Below are positions 9,262 through 16,998 of a DNA stretch of 32,000 nucleotides, piece by piece. The stretch lies in contig JAQGGZ010000008.1 in assembly GCA_028289125.1 (NCBI GenBank), forward strand, positions 1 through 32,000, read 5' to 3'. The notes under the pieces were generated by a model. The model saw only the letters and a program-made list of their open reading frames with translations. It did no database searches and was not told where the DNA came from. A program made the position numbers and the translations under genes. How positions within the stretch are numbered: position 1 is the stretch's first letter; each line of letters starts with the position of its first letter. The DNA comes from Candidatus Saccharimonadota bacterium (GTDB lineage Bacteria; Patescibacteriota; Saccharimonadia; Saccharimonadales; UBA4665).

Positions 9262-9953
9262 CACCACAAATAGCCCAAGAAATACTCGACAAAATCGTTG
9301 GCCAGGTCTTTGGCTACAAAAACCCGTTATCACTTGAACAGTTCATGCAGAAGTACGCTTTTGACGTACGTTTGCCGATGCAGGTAAATGATAGCACCAC
9401 AGGTGAAATAACCTGGGCGGCTTCGGCTAATCCGACAAAGTTCATCACCATGGCCAACGCGCGGAAGCGCTCGGAGGCGCAAGACTTGCTGCCGACACGG
9501 CCGCTGCCGGACATCCAGAGTATTCTGACCGCTTGGAATGAAACCAATTTCATGTCCACCGAACGTCAGATCGAATCGGTCAACATACTGGAATGTGACA
9601 ATATAACGAAATCAGAAAATATTTATCGATCCCAGTTCATCGTCAGTTCCAAGAACATACTGTTCAGCGAGGGCTGCCACTACTCAGAATTCCTAGCCGC
9701 TTCACAACGATCGCAGAGCTCCACCTTCAGTATCAAGGTGGACGATAGCCAGAATGTTACCAACAGCTTCTTCGTCACCTGGTCTAATAAGGTTACCAAC
9801 AGTTTCTTCATTAACGACTGTTTCGACCTGACGGATTGCATGTTCTGCACGAACATGGCCGGCAAGCAGTATTGTATCGCCAACATGCAGTTCGAAGAAG
9901 AAGAGTACCGCAAGATCAAGGATATGGTCGTGCGCTGGATCCTGACGAACTAA
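9258..9953 (+). CDS. Hypothetical protein with a Ser/Asn/Cys-rich repeat (solenoid-like) C-terminal half
   Basis: 231 aa. ATGA overlap with the ATPase gene, with an AAGGA SD-like motif upstream. Contains a 12-aa tandem repeat (NVTNSFFVTWS / KVTNSFFINDC) and the cysteine cluster CFDLTDCMFCTNMAGKQYC. Confidence 0.8.
   Translation: MTPQIAQEILDKIVGQVFGYKNPLSLEQFMQKYAFDVRLPMQVNDSTTGEITWAASANPTKFITMANARKRSEAQDLLPTRPLPDIQSILTAWNETNFMSTERQIESVNILECDNITKSENIYRSQFIVSSKNILFSEGCHYSEFLAASQRSQSSTFSIKVDDSQNVTNSFFVTWSNKVTNSFFINDCFDLTDCMFCTNMAGKQYCIANMQFEEEEYRKIKDMVVRWILTN
9756..9809 (+). repeat. Intragenic tandem-type repeat with a 36-nt (12-aa) period
   Basis: gttaccaacagcttcttc (9756-9773) and gttaccaacagtttcttc (9792-9809) are identical at 17/18 positions. 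They encode VTNSFF twice. Confidence 0.85.
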
Positions 9954-10681
9954 CCGAGGGCAATCATCAGGCAGAAGCCTACTGTCAGAGCCACGGATAG
10001 GCTGCTGAAGCGGTCGAGAACCCCGCCGTGGCCGGGAATCGACGTGCCCCAGTCGGCAATGCCGAGACGTCGTTTGACGTAGCTATTAGCCAGGTCGCCG
10101 ATCGCTGACGCGAAGCCTATAAGAATGCCGGGCCACCACGGCAGCCCCAGGTTGAGCAGGCTGACCGTCGCCCACCAGCCAAGTGCACCGCCGACGATCT
10201 GCCCGGCGACACCTTCCCAGGCCTTATTCGGATTAAGCGCCTTCGGCAGTTTATGCCGGCCCAGGTAACGGCCACCGAAGAAGGCGGCCACATCGGACAG
10301 GGCAGAGCTGAAACATACTGCCAATAGCCACACCGCATGTCCCTCGTCCGTCCAGTACAGGAGCAGGCTGGCGAACAGTGCCACGGTGACGCCAAAGTAC
10401 ACATAGGCGACCGGTAGCAGACGATGTTGGCGGCGAAGTTCCACGACGGCAAAGACTGCCATCAACAGGACGGTAATGGCGACAAACGGCAGACCAAGCC
10501 ACAACATGGCGAGCAGCCACAGGAAAATCGGCCACCACCAGACTATCTTCGTCCATATGCTGGACTTGAAAAACCGTTGCCAGTTCCACCTGTACAACGG
10601 CAGGCAGGCGACCGCTCCGGCCAAGAACAAGCAGCTGAACCAGGCCAGGCTAAGCAGGGATAGTTTCAGTGTCATAGTCAT
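9950..10681 (-). CDS. cdsA: Phosphatidate cytidylyltransferase (CDP-diglyceride synthase)
   Basis: 243 aa, polytopic. Signature SYVKRRLGIADWGTSIPGHGGVLDRFSS. The start may be 10681 or 10675; either overlaps the plsY 3' end. Confidence 0.9.
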   Translation of the reverse strand: MTMTLKLSLLSLAWFSCLFLAGAVACLPLYRWNWQRFFKSSIWTKIVWWWPIFLWLLAMLWLGLPFVAITVLLMAVFAVVELRRQHRLLPVAYVYFGVTVALFASLLLYWTDEGHAVWLLAVCFSSALSDVAAFFGGRYLGRHKLPKALNPNKAWEGVAGQIVGGALGWWATVSLLNLGLPWWPGILIGFASAIGDLANSYVKRRLGIADWGTSIPGHGGVLDRFSSLSVALTVGFCLMIALG

Positions 10682-11225
10682 GTACCTTTCCGCGGATGTT
10701 ATGGCGGAGTGTCCAGCAGGCGATCAGGCCGAGGATGGCCGGTTGCCACCAGGCGCTCGGCTCCATCCAAATGGTGATCAACGCCAAGCCGAGGATGCCG
10801 CTGAGCGAACCGCTGCTTGAACGCCAACCGCGCCAGCGCCAGAAGCAGTAGATGGCCAGACCGACCATAGCGGCCAGGGGTTGCAGATAGAGCATGATGC
10901 CGAGGCCGGTGGCGACGCCTTTGCCGCCTTTTAAGTTAAGCCAGATCGGCCACAAGTGCCCGGCGATGGCAGCCAGGCCGATCCAGAAGGCGGTATCCGC
11001 GCCAACCACTTGGGCCGCTAGCCACGTCGGCCCGAATCCTTTGGCGGTGTCAATGATCAGGGTTATGAGACCGGCCCGCCAACCAAGCACACGCTGCACG
11101 TTAGCAAAACCGATATTGCCGCTGCCGCGACGCTGAATATCGATGCCGTGCATACGGGCGATTATCTTACCGGCCGGCAGCGAACCGGACAGGTAAGCGA
11201 TAAGCGTAAGAATAATTATTTGCAT
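10650..11225 (-). CDS. plsY: Glycerol-3-phosphate acyltransferase PlsY
   Basis: 191 aa, polytopic, with the GSGNIGFANVQR motif and KGGKGVAT. Confidence 0.93.
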   Translation of the reverse strand: MQIIILTLIAYLSGSLPAGKIIARMHGIDIQRRGSGNIGFANVQRVLGWRAGLITLIIDTAKGFGPTWLAAQVVGADTAFWIGLAAIAGHLWPIWLNLKGGKGVATGLGIMLYLQPLAAMVGLAIYCFWRWRGWRSSSGSLSGILGLALITIWMEPSAWWQPAILGLIACWTLRHNIRGKVHDYDTETIPA

Positions 11226-11266
11226 AAGCTTTTTCTCATGTTAGACTGAGCGCAGGAATACATGCA

Positions 11267-11962
11267 ATGATAGGACTAATAGGTTTCATCTTGGCAGCAC
11301 TAAGTATCGGTGCTTTCGGAGCCAGCGTCAATGGCGCATTTCCGGCCGCCTCGCCAAGCGCCCGCTACCATTTCAGTCTGGCATTGTATCTCTTAGCCGC
11401 AGCCATGGTGCTATGGGGTGTGACCGTTGCGGTCAATGATCCGTCGGTGACGGACATGCTCTTCATCGCGACCGACATTCTGATGGCGACCGCGACCTTG
11501 GTGCTGATACGGACCGTATTTTACGGCGGACGGCTTGTCATTACGGTACTTGCGACATTCGTCGCGGTATTGGTCGCATACCGCGCGACGACGGTGCCGA
11601 CAACCGCATTCATCGAAGATGGCCTGCTGCATTTTAATCTGCAGGATGGCCTGCGTACGACGCTTCTCGGTACGCTTCTCCTCGTGTGGTTGCCTATAAT
11701 GTTGACGCTGGCTCGTCGCTTCGGCGCTGTCAGTCGCTTCGAGTGGGTGACCCCGGTCCTCACGTTACAGTACAGCTTGCTCGTATTCGCCACCGCCATG
11801 TTCATGTCGGCGCGCCGACCGTGGGTCATCGTCAGCCTGTTCGGAATGATGATCGTACTGTTCGTCGTAGCCACCGTCTTCAATCGTAGCTTGAGTCAGA
11901 TTCCGGCCGCTGTGCCTCAGAAGAAAGGGAAGAAGCACCATGCCACCGGCTCCGCATCCTAA
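11267..11962 (+). CDS. Hypothetical polytopic membrane protein
   Basis: 231 aa with about 6-7 hydrophobic helices and a basic C-terminal tail. No motif recognised. Confidence 0.7.
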   Translation: MIGLIGFILAALSIGAFGASVNGAFPAASPSARYHFSLALYLLAAAMVLWGVTVAVNDPSVTDMLFIATDILMATATLVLIRTVFYGGRLVITVLATFVAVLVAYRATTVPTTAFIEDGLLHFNLQDGLRTTLLGTLLLVWLPIMLTLARRFGAVSRFEWVTPVLTLQYSLLVFATAMFMSARRPWVIVSLFGMMIVLFVVATVFNRSLSQIPAAVPQKKGKKHHATGSAS

Positions 11963-12350
11963 CGACCCCGTCTGGCTCTCCCGTGAAGAGTACGACCGCT
12001 TGCGCCAACAGGCCGCCTATAATGCCGTCCCTCTGGTAGTGCCGGCTCCCCCTCAAGCGAAAACCAATACGGTCGGCACGACGGTGGCAGCCGTGACCGC
12101 GATCGGTCTGTTAATCGCCCTGACCACTCACATGACAGGCATATTCCTGATATGTTTGCCGGTGCTTATCGTGATTACACTGATATCATGGGTCAAAAGT
12201 ATCCGCGCTAAGAATGACGGATCTATCCGCAGCAAAATTACAGTCACCGCGCTGGCAATCATTATTATCTTGTTAATTCTGGCGTTGCTTGCCTTCGCGC
12301 CGTTCATCTTGTTGATATTCTTCGTCATGGCCGGTGGTGGCATCGGCTAA
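11940..12350 (+). CDS. Hypothetical small membrane protein
   Basis: 136 aa. Pro-rich cytoplasmic N-terminus followed by 3-4 hydrophobic helices. Overlaps the upstream ORF by 23 nt. Confidence 0.6.
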   Translation: MPPAPHPNDPVWLSREEYDRLRQQAAYNAVPLVVPAPPQAKTNTVGTTVAAVTAIGLLIALTTHMTGIFLICLPVLIVITLISWVKSIRAKNDGSIRSKITVTALAIIIILLILALLAFAPFILLIFFVMAGGGIG

Positions 12351-12356
12351 GGCCAC

Positions 12357-13037
12357 GTGGTTGCATACCTCGTCAATTTCATAGCGGTCGGTGCGGGTAT
12401 CTGCCTGTTCTTTTTGCCGTTCGTAGCAGTCTTCGCTTTCAAGCACCGGCGCGAGATCATAGCCAAGCGGCCGCATTTCAACCAGTTCATGGAACGGTTC
12501 TTTTCGAGCCGCCAGTCAAATTACCTCGTCCTGACGTGGGCGGCGGCCGAGGCGGTCGTCTGGTATGTCATACCGGAATTCCTCTTACTGCTGGTAGTGT
12601 TCATGAAAGTCCACAAAAAGCGTGACCTGGTCAAATACGACCTGATCGGCACGGTCATCGGCACGCTGGTCGCTTTCATGTGGCATCTTTCGCCGTCGGC
12701 GCTCGTGCATCTGCCGTATGTCCGGCCGAGTATGATCGAACAAGTCAGGAACTGGTTCGAGACCAGCGGGGTGTTCGGGCTGCTGCACCAGCCGTTCTCG
12801 GGCGTCCCTTATAAAGTGTTCACGCATATGGCGCCGGACTACCATTTCAATATCATACTGTTCCTGCTGGTGGCGATCGCAGCCCGTATGTTCCGCTACC
12901 TGGTGCTATACGCGGCGTTCGTCGGCGCATACCCGGTCTTGCATAAGCTGGTGCGACGGCATTATGCACTCCTGTTCCTGCTGGCCATCGCCATCTTCAG
13001 CGCCATGCTGTTGCAGGTGTTACGGGCGTATAACTAA
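12357..13037 (+). CDS. Membrane protein, possibly DedA/YqaA-like
   Basis: 226 aa, GTG start. TWAAAEAVVWYVIPEFLLLLVVF...LIGTVIGTLVAFMW resembles the YqaA/DedA re-entrant helix pattern. The assignment is tentative. Confidence 0.65.
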   Translation: MVAYLVNFIAVGAGICLFFLPFVAVFAFKHRREIIAKRPHFNQFMERFFSSRQSNYLVLTWAAAEAVVWYVIPEFLLLLVVFMKVHKKRDLVKYDLIGTVIGTLVAFMWHLSPSALVHLPYVRPSMIEQVRNWFETSGVFGLLHQPFSGVPYKVFTHMAPDYHFNIILFLLVAIAARMFRYLVLYAAFVGAYPVLHKLVRRHYALLFLLAIAIFSAMLLQVLRAYN

Positions 13038-14212
13038 CCGGCGATGTGAGGCCGTCGCATCGTGATTACGACGAAGACAAGGATAAGCACGGCTAATGCC
13101 AAGACTATATAGGCGGCATGAAAGACTGACGCACCGTTGCTGATGGCGCCGAACAACAAGACTATAGGTATGATGAGTCCGCGACCCGTCGTGCTGACCG
13201 TCGATGTCGCGCCGGCCCGTAACTTACTCGGCAACGTATCGTGTAACCGCTTGGAATACACGACGCTCAATGCACTTAAGGCAGTCGCCAGACAGAAGAA
13301 CGCGGCCACGATGACCGCCAGGTTGCGGGTAAAGATAAGGCATACCGAACTGATGATTATCAGTGCGGTCGATATGGCTACCAACAGGCCTTTTTTACGC
13401 CACGCGGCCGCGACGCCACCGAAACCGATAGAACCGAGCACTATGGCGTTGATAATGCCGTACAAGGCGGCCGGAGCGGCCAATGCGATAAGCCATAACT
13501 GATCCATCTCAAAGAACAGTTCCGTCGTAATCGTGACTAGTATCAGGCTGATGACGATCGGTAGCAGGGCACCGCGGCGAAGTACCGCCCGGAACGTGGC
13601 GATGATATGAGCACGGACATCGACGGCTTCCTCGGCACGGTGTAAGGATGGCTCCCGGAGAAATAACAGTGCGATAATCCCTAATATGATGGGTGGGACC
13701 GACCAGAAAAATGTGGTCCTCAGATCGGTCGCCTGGCTTAACAGGCCACCGGCAATGCTACTGATTATCAGCCCGAGCGAAGCTACCAGCTCCAGGCGGC
13801 CGAAGTACAGCTCGTAGCGTTTGCCGGAGCCTTCTTCCTCAAGCAACGTATCGTACACGATAGCTTCGTTGGTGCCCGAGTATAACGCGTAGAATATGCC
13901 CCAGAAGATCGTACCGATCAGGAATACCGTTTCTGAATTACTAAGGCCGCATACCACCGCACTTATCAGCAGTGCGACATAGCCGAGGATAAGGACGCCT
14001 TTGCGGCTCCAGCGATCGGCTAGTATGCCGGAAGGTACCTCGCAGATAAGGATGATGGCTGAGTAGGCAGCTACCATCAGGCCGATCGTAGCGTCATTGA
14101 AACCGATGCTACGCATGAAGAATTTTTCGACGGCATACCAGAAAATGAAGTTGCTTAGGAATTCCGCAGCGAACAGTGGGGCCAGTCGTCGGGTGGTACC
14201 GTGCAGTCTCAT
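13034..14212 (-). CDS. MFS transporter
   Basis: 392 aa, about 12 TM helices, with an MFS motif A-like GILADRWSRKGVLILG. Confidence 0.9.
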   Translation of the reverse strand: MRLHGTTRRLAPLFAAEFLSNFIFWYAVEKFFMRSIGFNDATIGLMVAAYSAIILICEVPSGILADRWSRKGVLILGYVALLISAVVCGLSNSETVFLIGTIFWGIFYALYSGTNEAIVYDTLLEEEGSGKRYELYFGRLELVASLGLIISSIAGGLLSQATDLRTTFFWSVPPIILGIIALLFLREPSLHRAEEAVDVRAHIIATFRAVLRRGALLPIVISLILVTITTELFFEMDQLWLIALAAPAALYGIINAIVLGSIGFGGVAAAWRKKGLLVAISTALIIISSVCLIFTRNLAVIVAAFFCLATALSALSVVYSKRLHDTLPSKLRAGATSTVSTTGRGLIIPIVLLFGAISNGASVFHAAYIVLALAVLILVFVVITMRRPHIAG

Positions 14213-14220
14213 ATCGGCTC

Positions 14221-14226
14221 ATTATA
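14221..14226 (-). promoter_or_regulatory. Putative -10 box TATAAT (minus strand), 8 nt upstream of the MFS transporter ATG
   Basis: The minus strand reads TATAAT-gagccgat-ATG. Confidence 0.45.
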
Positions 14227-14257
14227 CTCCCAGCTGTTTATCTGACCCCTGGAACGG

Positions 14258-14263
14258 TATAAT
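14258..14263 (+). promoter_or_regulatory. Putative -10 box TATAAT, 6 nt upstream of the prfB ATG (leaderless configuration)
   Basis: The sequence reads TATAAT-gattgc-ATG. Confidence 0.5.
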
Positions 14264-14269
14264 GATTGC

Positions 14270-15355
14270 ATGCACGACCTCCACAAACAGGCTGACCAGC
14301 TGCATCACGAGCTCAATCAGGCACTCGGCCGGCTGAATTTCGGGCCGCTCGATGAAGAAGAGAAGTCCTTAAACCACCTGATGGCTCAGCCGGATTTCTG
14401 GCAAGACGCCCAGCATGCGGCCGAGGTCAGTAAGCAACAGGCCAAGCTTGAAAAGCGTCTGCAGCCCTGGCGCCAGCTGCGCCAGGAACTAGCCGACACC
14501 AAGGAATTGCTGTCATTAAATGATGACTCATTGCAGTCTGACCTCAGTAAAACTCTAGAAAAGTTGAACACAAGATTTGTTCAACTGCAAGATGACCTGA
14601 AACTGACAGGGCCATACGACGACTACGACGCCGTCCTCAGTATCCATGCCGGAGCAGGCGGCACCGACGCCCAAGACTGGGCCCAGATGATCATGCGCAT
14701 GTACTTACGCTTCGCCGAACAGCAAGGCTGGAAGGCGGATGTCCTTGAAGAATCGAGCAGTGATGAAGCGGGCATCAAATCGGTCACGATCGAGATGACG
14801 GGCGACTACACATACGGACGGCTGAAGAGCGAACATGGTGTGCACCGCCTGGTGCGCCTCAGCCCGTTTAATTCAGACAACTTACGACAGACCAGTTTTG
14901 CCAAAGTCGAGGTAACGCCCAAAATCGATCGCCCGGATCAGCTGGTAATCGACGACAAAGACTTAAAGATCGATGTCTACCGCAGCGGCGGCCACGGCGG
15001 CCAGTCGGTCAATACCACCGATAGCGCCGTCCGCATCACGCACTTGCCAACGGGCTTGGTCGTGGCGATTCAGAACGAGCGCTCACAGCTCCAGAACAAA
15101 GAGACGGCTCTGAGCATTCTCCGCGGTCGTCTGGCACAGTTGCAGCTGGAGCAACATGCCGAACAGCTGTCAGAACTAAAAGGTCCGAACGAGCAGGCGG
15201 CCTGGGGCAACCAGATCCGCAGCTACGTCCTGCATCCTTATAAACAGGTTAAGGATCTGCGGACCCGCCACGAATCATCCGACCCTGACAAAGTACTCGA
15301 TGGCGACCTTGAGCCGTTCATCGAAGCCTACCTGAACCAGATCGATATAGAATAA
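14270..15355 (+). CDS. prfB: Peptide chain release factor 2, encoded in a single frame
   Basis: 361 aa with the SPF tripeptide (RLSPFNS) and the GGQ motif (SGGHGGQSVNTTDSAVRITHLPTG). Confidence 0.96.
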   Translation: MHDLHKQADQLHHELNQALGRLNFGPLDEEEKSLNHLMAQPDFWQDAQHAAEVSKQQAKLEKRLQPWRQLRQELADTKELLSLNDDSLQSDLSKTLEKLNTRFVQLQDDLKLTGPYDDYDAVLSIHAGAGGTDAQDWAQMIMRMYLRFAEQQGWKADVLEESSSDEAGIKSVTIEMTGDYTYGRLKSEHGVHRLVRLSPFNSDNLRQTSFAKVEVTPKIDRPDQLVIDDKDLKIDVYRSGGHGGQSVNTTDSAVRITHLPTGLVVAIQNERSQLQNKETALSILRGRLAQLQLEQHAEQLSELKGPNEQAAWGNQIRSYVLHPYKQVKDLRTRHESSDPDKVLDGDLEPFIEAYLNQIDIE

Positions 15356-15365
15356 AGGACACGGT

Positions 15366-16139
15366 ATGAGCCAACCACGATCTCCTCAGCCCACCGAACA
15401 GATATTTACCAGCATCGAAGCGCTGAGCTTGAGACATGAGCCTGAGATCGTAGCGTTTCAGGCAAGTGCCGAGGCACCGATCCACTGCGAGTCTGACAGT
15501 GAGATGCAACGGGCCTTCGCGGCGCAAATGCTGCGACGGGTCCGGGAAGAACTGCCCGACGACCCGGCTGCAGAGCAGATCGCGCCCCTCATGCCGATGG
15601 CTATCGGAAGCTTCGCGCTGTTCAGTATTACTTATGATCATAGTATGACCGTGGTCAGTCAGACGACCTTCATAACGCCTGGCGGAGACTGGTTGCGCCG
15701 GACTGCCCACATCCTGACCGAAGACCCGCAGGTAACGCACTCGCTCGGAATCGACCGTATCGAGCCCCAAGGCACCGACGATGGCTATGTGGATGCCGAG
15801 TTCCGGATGGATATTAACGACCGTGCACTGATTGAAGCCGCCAGCGATCTGTTTCTTGATGGTTACGGTGATGAAGCTGCCTACTTCCGAGTCGTGAACA
15901 TGATCGACAATTTTGAGGGCGAGCGCATAGAGGTGTCCGACCTGCTCGACGCGTTTCCGGATTATTTTGAAGTCGGGGAGGGTAGCGCCGTGGCGGCCTT
16001 ACTGCCCGGCATGAACCGCCAGCTGGCTGAAATCCGTCGGCAGAACGAGTTACGCGATGATGTCCCGGGCCTATTCCACCCGACCCCCGAAGAACTGGGA
16101 GACGTCTCCACCATGTTGCGCCGGCTAGCGTCGGCTTAG
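15366..16139 (+). CDS. Hypothetical acidic cytoplasmic protein
   Basis: 257-aa ORF with an AAAGGA SD-like motif about 8 nt upstream. No recognisable motif and no TM helix. Confidence 0.7.
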   Translation: MSQPRSPQPTEQIFTSIEALSLRHEPEIVAFQASAEAPIHCESDSEMQRAFAAQMLRRVREELPDDPAAEQIAPLMPMAIGSFALFSITYDHSMTVVSQTTFITPGGDWLRRTAHILTEDPQVTHSLGIDRIEPQGTDDGYVDAEFRMDINDRALIEAASDLFLDGYGDEAAYFRVVNMIDNFEGERIEVSDLLDAFPDYFEVGEGSAVAALLPGMNRQLAEIRRQNELRDDVPGLFHPTPEELGDVSTMLRRLASA

Positions 16140-16163
16140 CGGTTCCGGCGTCAGGCGTAAGCG

Positions 16164-16172
16164 TGTTATACT
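16164..16172 (+). promoter_or_regulatory. Putative extended -10 TGtTATACT, 7 nt upstream of the ftsE ATG
   Basis: The sequence reads TGtTATACT-taagcta-ATG. The 10-mer gcgtgttata is shared with the ctpA promoter. Confidence 0.5.
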
Positions 16173-16179
16173 TAAGCTA

Positions 16180-16998
16180 ATGATTCTGTTGGACAGGGTA
16201 ACCAAAGTTTACGGCAAGCATGCGAACGCGGCGCTGGAAAAAATCAGTCTGCACGTTGAGCCGAAAGAATTCGTCATCGTCATCGGTCAGTCCGGTGCCG
16301 GTAAATCAACGCTGCTAAAATTATTGACTCGTGAAGAGCGGCCGACGAGCGGCAAGATCGTCATCGGCGGCGTAGACTACGACAAACTGCGCGACAAGGA
16401 TATCCCGTCGCTGCGCCGTAAAATCGGCGTGGTCTTCCAGGACTTCAAGTTACTCCAGAACAAAACCGTCTTTGAGAACATCGCTTTTGCCCTCGAGATC
16501 GTCGGCGCCAGTCGCAACGAGATCAACCACACGATTCCGCGCGTCCTCGACATCGTCAACCTGAAAGGGAAGGAGAAGCGCATGCCGTTTGAGCTCTCCG
16601 GTGGTGAACGCCAGCGTGTCGCCATTGCCCGGGCCATCGTTCGTCAGCCGAAGATCCTCATCGCCGACGAGCCGACTGGTAACCTTGACCCGAAGCACGC
16701 CATGGACGTCATCAAGGTCCTGGAAAAGATCAACAAATACGGTACCACCGTGCTGCTTACGACCCATAACCAGGAAATCGTCGATAAACTGCAGCGACGC
16801 GTCGTCCGCATCGAGAATGGTAAGGTCGTCAGTGACCGCGCCAATGCCACCTACGAAAAAGCGACTGCTCCCGAGGAACCGGTACTTGCCGCCGGTCCAC
16901 AGGTACCCCATGGTACATTGCCGGCGCCGACCGGCCGCCTGTCCAAACTTCCATTAGGCGCGCGACTGAAGAAACCCGTAACGAAACGAAAAATATGA
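16180..16998 (+). CDS. ftsE: Cell-division ABC ATPase FtsE, with a ~50-aa Pro/Lys-rich C-terminal extension
   Basis: Walker A GQSGAGKST, signature LSGGERQRVAIARA, Walker B ILIADEPTGNLD. ATGA overlap with ftsX. Confidence 0.95.
   Translation: MILLDRVTKVYGKHANAALEKISLHVEPKEFVIVIGQSGAGKSTLLKLLTREERPTSGKIVIGGVDYDKLRDKDIPSLRRKIGVVFQDFKLLQNKTVFENIAFALEIVGASRNEINHTIPRVLDIVNLKGKEKRMPFELSGGERQRVAIARAIVRQPKILIADEPTGNLDPKHAMDVIKVLEKINKYGTTVLLTTHNQEIVDKLQRRVVRIENGKVVSDRANATYEKATAPEEPVLAAGPQVPHGTLPAPTGRLSKLPLGARLKKPVTKRKI

Noticed and set aside
11940-11962. Possible programmed frameshift joining ORFs 11267-11962 and 11940-12350
   Set aside because: There is no slippery heptamer or stimulatory structure in the 23-nt overlap. 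The second ORF has its own ATG, and a simple overlap is consistent with the compact genome.
15318-15770. 150-aa minus-strand ORF opposite the hypothetical gene 15366-16139
   Set aside because: The plus-strand ORF is longer, has an SD and fits the same-strand operon context. The minus ORF is Arg/Ser/Gly-rich and overlaps the prfB 3' end.
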